This document shows positions 50,464 to 61,287 of a stretch of DNA of 64,000 nucleotides, one piece after another. The stretch is from assembly GCA_965242525.1 (NCBI GenBank), contig OZ251459.1:384001-448000 (forward strand). The letters run 5' to 3'. The first letter of the stretch is position 1; each line of letters starts with the position of its first letter. The translations under genes and the position numbers were made by a program. This DNA is from an uncultured Candidatus Binatia bacterium (lineage in GTDB: Bacteria > Desulfobacterota > Binatia > UBA9968 > JAJDTQ01). A model generated the notes under the pieces. That model did not search any database. It was not told the DNA's origin and worked only from the letters and a program-made list of their open reading frames with translations.

Positions 50464-51432
50464 ATGGATGTTGTCATTATTCCGCGTGACGCACGGCTCA
50501 GTCGACACGAGAACGCGTTGGTCGTGACCTCCGACGCTGGGCGCAAGTCCATTCCGCTCAATGGCCTCAAGCACGTTCTGTGCATGGGCAACGGCTCCAT
50601 TTCCATTCGTCTGCTCAAGGACATGGGGCGACGAGGAATACGCTTCTCGGTACTCGATGCTGGAGGACGTTTCCTGGGCGCATTTGAGCCAGAGGAAGAG
50701 ACACCTTCCGGGAGGGTACGCATAGGACAGGCCAAATTGTTCCTGGACGAGGCGGAGCGTTTGCGTATTGCCAAGGCCATCGTAAGTGCACAGGCTCATT
50801 CAATGCGCGGTTTGTTGCAGCGCTACCGTCGCAACGGAACCTCCGGCTTGGAAGCCTCTCTGGACGGCATTGAGGATGCGATGGACGGCATAGAGAGGGC
50901 TGCCAGCCTGGACGAACTCATGGGTACCGAAGGACTGGTCCGAGCTTTCCTTCACGATGCTTTTGGGCGTATTACACAGGATGCCAGGCTGGAGCGGCGA
51001 GTCCGGCGGCCGCCCCCTGACCCGGTAAATTGTTTGATGTCCTTTTTCAACATGCTGCTCTATTCTGCATGTGCAAACGAATTGGCCAAGACTCACCTTG
51101 AACGAACTGTATCCTTTCTCCATTCACCCGGGACAGGAAGACGCTCCCTCTCGATCGACATGGCGGAAACGTTCAGGCCAGTTCTGTCCGATGCGCTTAT
51201 CTTGTCGGTTTTCCGACGTCGCCAAACAGACGATTCATGGTGGACCAGAGAGCCTGGCGTATGTCTGCTTAGCGAAAAAGGGAGAATGAAGGCTACGGAG
51301 CGCTTTTGGTCGCGCATCGAGGAACGCTACGGAAACGAGACGTTGCGTAAGGCCATTCACCGGCAATGTATGTCCTTGGAAAGGGATGCGCTTGGGATCG
51401 GACGATTCAAGCCGTTCATATGGCGAGGTTGA
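50464..51432 (+). CDS. cas1: CRISPR integrase Cas1 (type I-B-like sequence)
   Basis: LMGTEG, RRPPPDPVNCLMSF, SFLH, SLSIDMAETFRP. Confidence 0.93.
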   Translation: MDVVIIPRDARLSRHENALVVTSDAGRKSIPLNGLKHVLCMGNGSISIRLLKDMGRRGIRFSVLDAGGRFLGAFEPEEETPSGRVRIGQAKLFLDEAERLRIAKAIVSAQAHSMRGLLQRYRRNGTSGLEASLDGIEDAMDGIERAASLDELMGTEGLVRAFLHDAFGRITQDARLERRVRRPPPDPVNCLMSFFNMLLYSACANELAKTHLERTVSFLHSPGTGRRSLSIDMAETFRPVLSDALILSVFRRRQTDDSWWTREPGVCLLSEKGRMKATERFWSRIEERYGNETLRKAIHRQCMSLERDALGIGRFKPFIWRG

Positions 51433-51436
51433 GGTT

Positions 51437-51736
51437 GTGTTCGTAATGGTCTGCTACGACGTCCCTGCGAAGAGGACGGATCTGTACAAGAAACTGCTCA
51501 AGGAATTTCTTGTCCACGAACAGGCTTCAGTTTTCATGGGTGATATTTCAGAGTCGGATGTCATCAGGATGGTGGCGAAGATCGCGAAGATGATCGGGCC
51601 GGAAGATCGGGTACTGAAGGTTGTCTGCAAGAATCGACACAACGCTGAGGTATCCAGACTCAGCAAGGAGGCTCTCGGTGGTCAGATGCGCCAGGAGGAG
51701 GATGGTTGGCATGGCAAGAACTGGTCGTTGATTTGA
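51437..51736 (+). CDS. cas2: Cas2
   Basis: FVMVCYDV, EQASVFMG; directly after cas1. Confidence 0.92.
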   Translation: MFVMVCYDVPAKRTDLYKKLLKEFLVHEQASVFMGDISESDVIRMVAKIAKMIGPEDRVLKVVCKNRHNAEVSRLSKEALGGQMRQEEDGWHGKNWSLI

Positions 51737-51888
51737 ATCGCCAAAAGTGCGCCTGGGCACAAAACTATCCTCAGAGGGGTTCTCAGGCGCAGAATTGGCG
51801 TCCGAATGTGCCACAAATCCCATTCAACTACTCATCAAACCTCCCAGGGACTACACATCTGTTGTCTTCTGGTCTCCTGAAATAGAGG
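51737..51888 (+). promoter_or_regulatory. CRISPR leader
   Basis: Non-coding, lower-GC 152 bp between cas2 and the first perfect repeat; the opposite terminal repeat is mutated. Confidence 0.72.
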
Positions 51889-54800
51889 GTTCCCGATCCC
51901 CATGAGGGGTAATGAGGCCGAGCAGGAAGCCCTCGACGCGCGGGACGACGCCGTTCCCGATCCCCATGAGGGGTAATGAGCAAGTCAAAGAACACATGGG
52001 GCCACCAGTCCGACATTGTTCCCGATCCCCATGAGGGGTAATGAGGGTGTAAATGATACGCCCACGACCCCCGATCAACGGCACGAGTTCCCGATCCCCA
52101 TGAGGGGTAATGAGACCGTGGTGGTGGTCGCGTTCGCCGTGGGCGTGCTGAGTTCCCGATCCCCATGAGAGGTAATGAGTGGCAGTCGATCCGTGAGGCC
52201 CTGGGGGTGGACGCGCTGTTCCCGATCCCCATGAGGGGTAATGAGCCGCCCTACGGTATCGACTTCATCCGGGATGCCCTGAGTTCCCGATCCCCATGAG
52301 GGGTAATGAGACCTCAGCCCCTGATATGCTACCAGGAGCAGCGTGTGGTTCCCGATCCCCATGAGGGGTAATGAGGTATCAGGGCCGCGGCGGTGGGGCG
52401 GGAGGTCATCGAGTTCCCGATCCCCATGAGGGGTAATGAGAGGGGCCACCGCGTCTTGATCCACCGGCGCCGGCTGGGCGTTCCCGATCCCCATGAGGGG
52501 TAATGAGGTGATGCCGTCCGGTCGGTCGTCCTGGGTCCGTCCGAACGTTCCCGATCCCCATGAGGGGTAATGAGCGGCTATCGGGCACGCAGGGGGGGCA
52601 GGACGCCTTCAGTTCCCGATCCCCATGAGGGGTAATGAGCAGGTGCAGTGCGTGCGGATCAACGAGGACCGCTTCGGTTCCCGATCCCCATGAGGGGTAA
52701 TGAGTCCCCGACGCCCACGGGCGACGACCCGGAACTGTACAGTTCCCGATCCCCATGAGGGGTAATGAGCTGTGCGGATGGAGTTCTACAGGTCGGACAG
52801 GCTGGTTCCCGATCCCCATGAGGGGTAATGAGACGGGGGCGCCATCCTGCTCCGTGCGCACTACCAGTTCGTTCCCGATCCCCATGAGGGGTAATGAGTG
52901 GCATCAGGCGCCATGCATCCAGCCAGCACGTCTGCTGTTCCCGATCCCCATGAGGGGTAATGAGCAGATTGAGATTTGCCGCTTCTGTCGGAACGAGGTT
53001 GTTCCCGATCCCCATGAGGGGTAATGAGCCGCATGTCCCTGGTACGCGACTGTTGGACCACGAGTTGTTCCCGATCCCCATGAGGGGTAATGAGATTTGA
53101 AAGTGAATACGGGTGAGAGTGGGGTAATCCTGAGTTCCCGATCCCCATGAGGGGTAATGAGGACGCTTCAGGCGCCTGGTACGTCGCGGACGCCACCACG
53201 TTCCCGATCCCCATGAGGGGTAATGAGAAGCGGATGGAGAGCGCCTCCGCGGAGGTCGAGCGGGAGGTTCCCGATCCCCATGAGGGGTAATGAGGTCCAG
53301 TACGACGTCCCGGCCACCGGCGCCCTCGCCATGTTCCCGATCCCCATGAGGGGTAATGAGACGATCCCTGCGGACCAGTCGCGGCACAGGTCCCGGGTTC
53401 CCGATCCCCATGAGGGGTAATGAGTCGACAGTCCCGAGGCTCCCGTGCCTAGACCCGGTGAAGTTCCCGATCCCCATGAGGGGTAATGAGTGGATCTTCT
53501 CGGCCTGCGCCCCGGACTCCGCGTCCTGGTTCCCGATCCCCATGAGGGGTAATGAGACGGTGACCACGGCCTCCGTGACCAGGTAGAACCAGTAGTTCCC
53601 GATCCCCATGAGGGGTAATGAGGCCGGATACACCACAGGCAGGACGGAGGAGCCTCCGGCGTTCCCGATCCCCATGAGGGGTAATGAGGACATCTATGCG
53701 GCGAACCAGGAACAGGCGCGGGTCGTTCCCGATCCCCATGAGGGGTAATGAGGTGATCGTGTGGACGCTTCCGGGCTTGGACCCCTCGGTTCCCGATCCC
53801 CATGAGGGGTAATGAGATCACGCCGGAGGAGTTCGGCGCCCGGTTCAACCTGGTTCCCGATCCCCATGAGGGGTAATGAGTTCCATTGGCGGGACGACAC
53901 CGTTTTCATCTCGAACACCGTTCCCGATCCCCATGAGGGGTAATGAGAAACCCCAGGAAATCCCGGAAGCGATGCTGGAAGGGGCGTTCCCGATCCCCAT
54001 GAGGGGTAATGAGCACCAGTGCTTGACGCCTGCAACTTCCACCAGGCCCGCGTTCCCGATCCCCATGAGGGGTAATGAGGAGATGCTGGTCTCCGGGTCC
54101 ATCATCAACCATGCCAGTTCCCGATCCCCATGAGGGGTAATGAGAAGGAACTGTTGGGATACCCGCCTACGGCGCGGTTGAGTTCCCGATCCCCATGAGG
54201 GGTAATGAGTTCCATTGGCGGGACGACACCGTTTTCATCTCGAACACCGTTCCCGATCCCCATGAGGGGTAATGAGCTGTTGGTTGTGCTTTGGCGTGAG
54301 GTTTGGAAGGGCGGCCGGTTCCCGATCCCCATGAGGGGTAATGAGACGGCATCCACGACTCCGACCTGTGCGAACATGGAGCGTTCCCGATCCCCATGAG
54401 GGGTAATGAGACGGCATCCACGACTCCGACCTGTGCGAACATGGAGCGTTCCCGATCCCCATGAGGGGTAATGAGTGGACCTCGGCCCGGGTGACCTCCC
54501 CGTCCGCGTCCCGGTTCCCGATCCCCATGAGGGGTAATGAGACCTGGATCGGGCTGCTGCCCCAGCCGGCCGTGAAGGTTCCCGATCCCCATGAGGGGTA
54601 ATGAGCAGGCCACTACGGGCGTGGGTCCGCTCAGGCCCAGGCGTTCCCGATCCCCATGAGGGGTAATGAGTGGACGAGGTCACGGCGGCAGCGGCGACGA
54701 CGATGGACACGTTCCCGATCCCCATGAGGGGTAATGAGCCGCTAACTCCAGCCCTGCTTCCGACGCGATAATCAAGGGTTCCCGATCCCCATGAGGGGTA

Positions 54801-55457
54801 ATGAGAGTCACATCAGGCAGGCGGTGAGCAACGCGGCCGGGGAGGTTCCCGATCCCCATGAGGGGTAATGAGTGGCTAAGTCTCGTCCACCGCGGCCCTG
54901 ACTGCCTCGTTCCCGATCCCCATGAGGGGTAATGAGTGCCGCTGGAGGCCGCGGATGACCGCGACCCTGTCCGGTTCCCGATCCCCATGAGGGGTAATGA
55001 GAAGGCGCTGGTGTCCCGTCTCGGGGCGATGCCGCTGGTTCCCGATCCCCATGAGGGGTAATGAGAGCGAGAAGTCCATGGGCGAGACCGTCTGCGCGAT
55101 GGTTCCCGATCCCCATGAGGGGTAATGAGCTGGTGGGATCGACGTGGGCGGACACAGCGAGCCCGGGTTCCCGATCCCCATGAGGGGTAATGAGCTGGGC
55201 CTCGCGTCCGTGCCGCCGCCGTGGGAGCTGAGTTCCCGATCCCCATGAGGGGTAATGAGCTGGGCCTCGCGTCCGTGCCGCCGCCGTGGGAGCTGAGTTC
55301 CCGATCCCCATGAGGGGTAATGAGGTGGAGTCGATCACCCACTCGGGCGCGGGAGACGACGCCGGTTCCCGATCCCCATGAGGGGTAATGAGCGCGCTCA
55401 CGCGGGGGACGGCGTTTCCAGCCGCTGACGTTCCCGATCTCCATGAGGGGTAATGAG
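51889..55457 (+). CRISPR. CRISPR array: 55 repeats of GTTCCCGATCCCCATGAGGGGTAATGAG (28 bp) and 54 spacers of 35-41 bp
   Basis: Counted manually; CCCC-ATGA-GGGG hairpin; single mismatches in repeat 5 (starts 52152) and the last repeat (starts 55430). Confidence 0.98.
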
Positions 55458-55646
55458 ATCAGGTAAGGGGGAGATCGAGTCAAGCACGGAGCGGTGGCCA
55501 TGTTATCCTGGGAGTACCGGCGCCCCCGGACTGCGTGGCCCTGCGAATCCGCCCGCTCGTCCGGTGCTCCCGCCGTAGTGGAAGCAAATCGCCGCGGTCC
55601 CGTGCTACGTTGGCGACGGTCGCAAATCCACGAACGGAGGAAATCC

Positions 55647-56408
55647 ATGCGCCTGAAGGACAAGGTCGCCATCATCACCGGAGGCGGGCACGGGCTGGGC
55701 AGGGCGTACGCCAAGCAGTTCGCGGAGGAAGGGGCGCGGGTGGTCGTCGCGGACGTGGATGGCGCCGCGGGCGAATCTGTGGCCGGGGAGTTGACCCGAT
55801 CGGGCGGGTCGGGATGGGCGCGGACCGCCGACGTCACCCGGTACGACAGCGTCGAAGGGTTGGTGCGGGAGACCCTCGATCGCTACGGTCGCATCGACGT
55901 GCTGCTCAACAACGCCGCCATCTACGTGACCCGGAAGCTCTGGATGGGGTCGGTGGAAGACTGCCCGCTGGATGAGTGGGACCGGGTGCTGGAGGTGAAC
56001 CTCAAGGGCGTCTTCCTGTGTTGCCGGGCGGTGATCCCGGTGATGAAGCGGCAGCGCTCGGGGAAGATCATCAACGTCGCTTCGGGCACCTTCTTCAACG
56101 GCTCCAGCAACATGCCCCACTACACCAGCTCCAAGGGCGGAGTGGTGGCGCTGACGCGGGTGATGGCCCGGCAACTGGGCGACTGGAACATCAACGTCAA
56201 CTGCATGACCCCGGGCTCCACCATGAGCGAGGACGTGGTCACCGACGAGGTTCGGGAACGGCGCGCCGCGAGCGCCAGCCGACGCGCCCTGAAGCGCATC
56301 GAGGTGCCCGAGGACGTGACCGGCGCCGCGCTCTTCCTGGCCAGTGCGGACAGCGACTTCATGACCGGGCAGTTGCTGGTGGTGGAGGGCGGCGGGATCA
56401 TGCACTGA
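55647..56408 (+). CDS. SDR family oxidoreductase (FabG-like)
   Basis: TGGGHGLG, NNAA, YTSSK, NVN. Confidence 0.92.
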   Translation: MRLKDKVAIITGGGHGLGRAYAKQFAEEGARVVVADVDGAAGESVAGELTRSGGSGWARTADVTRYDSVEGLVRETLDRYGRIDVLLNNAAIYVTRKLWMGSVEDCPLDEWDRVLEVNLKGVFLCCRAVIPVMKRQRSGKIINVASGTFFNGSSNMPHYTSSKGGVVALTRVMARQLGDWNINVNCMTPGSTMSEDVVTDEVRERRAASASRRALKRIEVPEDVTGAALFLASADSDFMTGQLLVVEGGGIMH

Positions 56409-56559
56409 GTACGCCGAGGAATCCGCAACGGTTTCTTCGAGGTTCCGGCGTTGCTCCGCCTCGAACCTGCCCCGGAAGCCCTTGCAGCGAGAGGCCGGGG
56501 CGGCGGTGAAGGCCGTGCGGAGGGGAGCGGGGATTGGACGAGGCGGCTGCCGCGGCGTT

Positions 56560-58983
56560 TCAGGCGAGTTTCGAGCGCAGCATCTCGTTGACCAGGCGGG
56601 GGTCGGCCTTGCCGTCCGTGGATTTCATCACCTGGCCCACGAAGAACCCGAGCAGGGTGGTCTTGCCCTGCCGGTAGAGGGCGGCGTTCCCGGGATGGGC
56701 GGCGATGACGGCGTCCACCACCGGCTCCAGTTGGCCCGGGTCCGCCACCTGCCGAAGCCCCCGGCCCTCGACGATCTCCGCGGGGCTCCCTCCGTCCTCC
56801 AGCATGACCGCGAAGACCTGCCGGGCCGCGTTGCCCGATATGACCTGCCGGTCCACGAGGGCCACCAGTTCCGCCGCGGCCGCGGGCGTCACCGGCAACG
56901 ATTCGAGGGGCTTCTCCTTCAGCAGCGGACGCAGTTCGTTGACCACCCAGTTGCCCACCGCTCTCGGGTCGGGGCCGCGGCGAACCGTCTCCTCGAAGAA
57001 CCGGGCGAGGGCGTCGTCCGAGGCCAGCAGCAACGCATGCTCCGCCCCGAGCCCGAGCCGGTTCCGGTAGTCGTCTATCTTCGCCCGCTGGGCCGGGGTC
57101 AGCGCCGCATGGGATGGGGTCCCGCGGTCCGCGGGGGCCGCAGGGCCACGTTGACGATGACCCCGCCCCTGCCCTGCCGGAGTCCCGCGGTCCGCGGGGA
57201 CCGCGGCGGGGGCCTCGGCCCGGGCCGCGGCAGGCCGCGACCGGGAACGCCTCTGCCTGCCGGAGCCGTCTCCCCGCTGCACGAGCTTGAGCCACGAGTC
57301 GCGCAGCGTCACGATGCGGTTGAAGACGATGGCGTCCGGGGCGGAGTCCGGATCCACGCAGAAGTACCCCAGCCGCTCGAACTGGAACCGTTCCCCCGGA
57401 CGCGCGGTCCCGAGGCTCGGCTCCACGTAGCCCCTGACGGTCTCCAGCGACCGGGGGTTCAGCAGCTCCCGGTAGTCCCGGTCCGGGTCGGCCTGGGGGT
57501 CCGCTGCCGAGAACAGCCGGTCATAGAGCCGGAGCTCGGCTCCGAGGGCATGGGCCGAGGACACCCAATGGATCGTCCCCGGGACCTTCCGGCCGCTGGC
57601 GTCGGCGCCGCTTCGGGTCTCCGGGTCGTAGGTGCAGCGCAACTCCCGCACCCTCCCGGTGGCCGGGTCCCTGACCGCTTCCTCGCACTTGACGACGTAG
57701 GCGTAGCGCAACCGCACTTCGCGCCCAGGCGCCAGCCGGTGGTACCCCTTGGGGGGATCTTCGAGGAAGTCGTCCTCCTCGATGTAGAGTTCCCGGGCGA
57801 AGGGGAGCGTCCGCGCTCCTTCCCCGGGCACGTCCCGGGGAAAGTAGGGCGCCTCCAACTCTTCGGTCCGGCCTTCCGGGTAGTTGGAGAGGACCACCTT
57901 GAGGGGGCGCGCCACCGCCAGGACCCGGGGTGCCCGCGGGTTCAGGTGGTCGCGGATGCAGTACTCCAACTGGTCCGTCTCCACGGTGTTGTCGCTCTTG
58001 GCGATGCCGACGCCCCGGCAGAAGTTGCGGATGGCCTCGGGGGTGTACCCCCGTCTTCGGAGTCCCGCCAGCGTAGGCATGCGCGGGTCGTCCCAGCCGG
58101 CCACGCGCTCCTCCTGCACGAGATCCAGGAGCCTGCGCTTGCTCATGACCGTGTAGTCGAGGTTCAGCCGCGCGAACTCGATCTGCCTCGGGGCGGAGGG
58201 CGCGTCCGCCTGTGCGAGGATCCAGTCGTAGAGTTCGCGGTTGTTCTCGAACTCCAGGGTGCACAGCGAGTGGGTCACCCCCTCCAGGGCGTCCGACAGG
58301 GGATGGGCGAAATCGTACATGGGATAGATGGGCCAAGCGTCGCCGGTGTGGTGGTGGGACACGTGGCGGATGCGGTAGAGCACGGGGTCGCGCATCTTCA
58401 TGTTCGGCGAAGCCATGTCGATCTTCGCCCGCAGCACGTGGGCGCCGTCCGGGAACTCCCCCCGACGCATGCGGGAGAACAGGTCCAGGTTCTCCGCCGC
58501 GGCGCGTTCGCGGTAGGGGCTCTCGCGTCCCGGTCGGGTCACCGTGCCGCGGCCTTCGCGTATGGCCGCCTCGCTCAGGCTGCAAACGTAGGCGCGCCCC
58601 CGCTCGATGAGCCGGACGCCGAAGCCGTAGAGCTCGTCGAAGTAGTCCGAGGCGTTGTACGGGACGCCGCCCCAGTCGAACCCCAGCCAGCGGATGTCGT
58701 CCTCGATGGCCTTTGCGTAGAGGGTGTCCTCCTTGGCCGGGTCGGTGTCGTCGAAGCGCAGGTTGCAGCGTCCGCCGAACTCCTCGGCGACCCCGAAGTT
58801 GAGGCAGATGGACTTGGCGTGGCCGATGTGCAGGAACCCGTTGGGCTCGGGCGGAAAGCGCGTCACCACGCCGCCCGGATGCCGGCCCGCGGCCACGTCG
58901 TCCCGGATGATGGCGCGGATGAAGTCCGGGGAAGGCTCGCGCTTCCCCGCATCGCCGCTCTTGGCCGTCTTGCTCATGGTCAT
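56560..58983 (-). CDS. glnS: Glutamine--tRNA ligase with a C-terminal YqeY/GatB-like domain
   Basis: [37 protein letters not shown]; C-terminal [19 protein letters not shown]. Confidence 0.95.
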   Translation of the reverse strand: MTMSKTAKSGDAGKREPSPDFIRAIIRDDVAAGRHPGGVVTRFPPEPNGFLHIGHAKSICLNFGVAEEFGGRCNLRFDDTDPAKEDTLYAKAIEDDIRWLGFDWGGVPYNASDYFDELYGFGVRLIERGRAYVCSLSEAAIREGRGTVTRPGRESPYRERAAAENLDLFSRMRRGEFPDGAHVLRAKIDMASPNMKMRDPVLYRIRHVSHHHTGDAWPIYPMYDFAHPLSDALEGVTHSLCTLEFENNRELYDWILAQADAPSAPRQIEFARLNLDYTVMSKRRLLDLVQEERVAGWDDPRMPTLAGLRRRGYTPEAIRNFCRGVGIAKSDNTVETDQLEYCIRDHLNPRAPRVLAVARPLKVVLSNYPEGRTEELEAPYFPRDVPGEGARTLPFARELYIEEDDFLEDPPKGYHRLAPGREVRLRYAYVVKCEEAVRDPATGRVRELRCTYDPETRSGADASGRKVPGTIHWVSSAHALGAELRLYDRLFSAADPQADPDRDYRELLNPRSLETVRGYVEPSLGTARPGERFQFERLGYFCVDPDSAPDAIVFNRIVTLRDSWLKLVQRGDGSGRQRRSRSRPAAARAEAPAAVPADRGTPAGQGRGHRQRGPAAPADRGTPSHAALTPAQRAKIDDYRNRLGLGAEHALLLASDDALARFFEETVRRGPDPRAVGNWVVNELRPLLKEKPLESLPVTPAAAAELVALVDRQVISGNAARQVFAVMLEDGGSPAEIVEGRGLRQVADPGQLEPVVDAVIAAHPGNAALYRQGKTTLLGFFVGQVMKSTDGKADPRLVNEMLRSKLA

Positions 58984-59017
58984 GGACTACCGACCGCTCG
59001 AGGAACGTCCGCCCGGC

Positions 59018-59875
59018 TCACGCGTGCAGCCGTCCGGTGCCCGCCACGGTGGTGCGCCGCAGCAGGCGCCGCTCGTCTTCGGGATAGACCGTGCGGGCGT
59101 GGATGGAGCAGAGGTTGTCCCACATCAGCAGGTCTCCCACCTCCCAGGCGTGTTCGTACCGGAGGCTCGGGTCTTCCGCGATGTCGAACAGGGTATGGAG
59201 CACGGCGTCGCTCTCCGCGGGGTCCATGCCCTCGATGCGGACGGACATCATGCGGTTCACGTACAGCGCCTTGCGTCCAGTCACCGGGTGGGTGATGAAT
59301 ATGGGCTGCACGTAGTAGCGGGCGCCGTCCAGATCCACGTCCGCGTCCACCCGGTGCCGCTGGTAGTCGTACACCTGCAAGACCCTGCAACCCTCGAGCC
59401 TCTCCTTCAAGTCCCCGGGCACGTTGTCGTACGCGGCGTACATGTTGTTGACCAGGGTGCGGCCGCCGTGGGCGGACACCTCGATGCCGTACAGTATGGT
59501 GGCGGCGTCGGGCACCTCGTGGAACGCGGTGTCCTGGTGGAAGCCCAGCTCGGCGTCGCCGTTGGCCGAAGCCCCCGCCAGCGGCTTGCCGTCCTCCAGG
59601 ATGTTGCTCACCACCATCACCGGCGTGGTGTAGACGTCGTCCGCGGACTTGCGCAGCCGCGGCCCCACGGTGCGCTTGCCGATGTCGCCGAAGGCGGTGG
59701 TGAAGCGGTTCTGCTGCTCCACGGTCAGGTCCTGGCCGCGGAAGAGCAGGGCCACGTGCTCGTAGAACAGGGCCAGGATCGCGTCCCGTGTCGGTTGGTC
59801 CAGGGGCCGGCCCAGGTCGAGTCCCTGGATCTCCACCCCCAGGGCGGGCGCAAGCGGTCGTGTGGTCAAGTTCAT
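59018..59875 (-). CDS. TauD/TfdA family 2OG-Fe(II) dioxygenase
   Basis: FHQD, HPVTGRKALYVN, WDNLCSIHAR, RLLRR. Confidence 0.92.
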   Translation of the reverse strand: MNLTTRPLAPALGVEIQGLDLGRPLDQPTRDAILALFYEHVALLFRGQDLTVEQQNRFTTAFGDIGKRTVGPRLRKSADDVYTTPVMVVSNILEDGKPLAGASANGDAELGFHQDTAFHEVPDAATILYGIEVSAHGGRTLVNNMYAAYDNVPGDLKERLEGCRVLQVYDYQRHRVDADVDLDGARYYVQPIFITHPVTGRKALYVNRMMSVRIEGMDPAESDAVLHTLFDIAEDPSLRYEHAWEVGDLLMWDNLCSIHARTVYPEDERRLLRRTTVAGTGRLHA

Positions 59876-59898
59876 GGCGTCCTCCTCCCGGTTCCGGC

Positions 59899-60753
59899 TC
59901 ACCCGTGCACGGGCTCGGCGCCGGCCACGGTGCAGCGCCGCAGGATCCGGCGCTCCCGGTTGGGGAAGTCTGTGCGCGCGTGGGTGGAGCAACGGTTGTC
60001 CCACATGAGCAGGTCCCCCACCCGCCACCGGTGGTCATAGACGATGCGGGGGTCCTCGGCGATGTCGAACAGTTGGTCGAGGATGGCGTCGCTCTCGCTC
60101 CGGTCCATGCCTTCGATGTGCGCGGTCATGGTCCGGTTCACGTAGAGGGCCTTCCTGCCGGTGACCGGATGGCGCACGAATATGGGTTGCGGGTGGCTGC
60201 GGGCCCCCGCCATGTCCACGTTGGGGTCGATGCGATAACGGTTGTAGTCGTACACCTGGAGGACGGTGCGCCCTTCGAGCCGGTCCCGGAGCGCCGCGGG
60301 GATGCGCTCGTAGGCCTTGTACATGTTCGAGACCCGGGTGAGGCCCCCGCGGGTGGTGACCTCGATGCCGTACAGCATGGTGGCGATGTTGGGCACCGGG
60401 TAGAAGCAGGTGTCGTGGTGGAACCACATGTCGCCGTCGCCGAACGAGGCCGTGCCGCCGGTGGGGCCTTCGTCGCTGCGGTTGGTGACCATCATCACCG
60501 GGCTGGCGTAGGCGTCCTTGGGGGACTTGACGAAACGGGCGCCCACCGTGCGCTTGCCGAGTTCGCCGAAGGTGGCGGCGAAGGCGGTCTGCTGGTCCTC
60601 GGTCAGGTCCTGTCCCCGGAACAGCAGCAGCACGTGCTCGTGGAACGCGTCCAGGACCCGGGCGCGGGTCTCCCGATCCAGCGGCTCCCGCAGGTCCAGG
60701 CCCTCGATCTCCGCGCCGATGGCCGGGCACACGGGTCTGATGGTCAAGCTCAT
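59899..60753 (-). CDS. TauD/TfdA family 2OG-Fe(II) dioxygenase (tandem paralogue)
   Basis: WFHHD, HPVTGRKALYVN, WDNRCSTHAR. Confidence 0.92.
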   Translation of the reverse strand: MSLTIRPVCPAIGAEIEGLDLREPLDRETRARVLDAFHEHVLLLFRGQDLTEDQQTAFAATFGELGKRTVGARFVKSPKDAYASPVMMVTNRSDEGPTGGTASFGDGDMWFHHDTCFYPVPNIATMLYGIEVTTRGGLTRVSNMYKAYERIPAALRDRLEGRTVLQVYDYNRYRIDPNVDMAGARSHPQPIFVRHPVTGRKALYVNRTMTAHIEGMDRSESDAILDQLFDIAEDPRIVYDHRWRVGDLLMWDNRCSTHARTDFPNRERRILRRCTVAGAEPVHG

Positions 60754-60991
60754 GGGGTTCCCCTCCTGGGTGGGCGTTCCGCCATCCGTCGCCTCCATGC
60801 GGCGACCGCGGGAGCGGGGTCGAGACCTTCGCTCTCGTCGGCGACTCTATCGTTCCATGCCGCGAAGTGTCAAGATCAAGCCCTGCGGGCGCAGGAGCGG
60901 AGCGACCGTTTGAACCGCGGCCCGGGAATTGGCATTGATGGAACGAGGGCCGGGAACCGGACCGGATCCGGAACGATCCGGGATGGACGAA

Positions 60992-61230
60992 GGAAACCCT
61001 GAACAAGAGCGTCCTTCGACTTCGCTTCGCTACGCTCAGGACGAACGGAGATAACAAGGGTGTTGGAGCAGGCGCCGTTCGACAGGGAGGAAACCGGTGT
61101 GAAGGGCCTGCAAACAGGGGCGCTGCCGCGCTATCCTGCGTCCTTGTAGTGGCGGCTACTCCAAGATCCGCAATAGCAGGGGGCAGGGTGAGGGAATCCA
61201 TCCTGGATGTCTCGATCGTCCAGATGTCCC
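60992..61230. mobile_element. Degenerate MITE with a REP-like unit
   Basis: GGAAACCCTGAACAAG left end; unit at 61011-61048; CAGGGTGAGGGAATCCATCCTGGATGTCTCGAT block shared with the 443-573 copy. Confidence 0.62.
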
Positions 61231-61287
61231 ACACGAAATCCTGAGGAGCCGGAAAGATTCTCGTTCGACCGGCAGGAGGGAACGTCC

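Noticed and set aside
51889-55457. Array transcribed from the minus strand (repeat would end in GGGAAC, like GAAAC)
   Set aside because: The leader-like low-GC region lies next to cas2 and the mutated terminal repeat is at the right end, favouring the plus strand; not proven without RNA data
40400-55646. CRISPR-associated transposon or att-bounded island
   Set aside because: No tns/tniQ or integrase genes and no convincing boundary repeats; the only transposase is the IS630 that disrupts cas4
51828-55837. Many ORFs with repeated SLPLMGIGN / HYPSWGSGT / LITPHGDRE peptides
   Set aside because: They are translations of the CRISPR repeat, not repeat proteins
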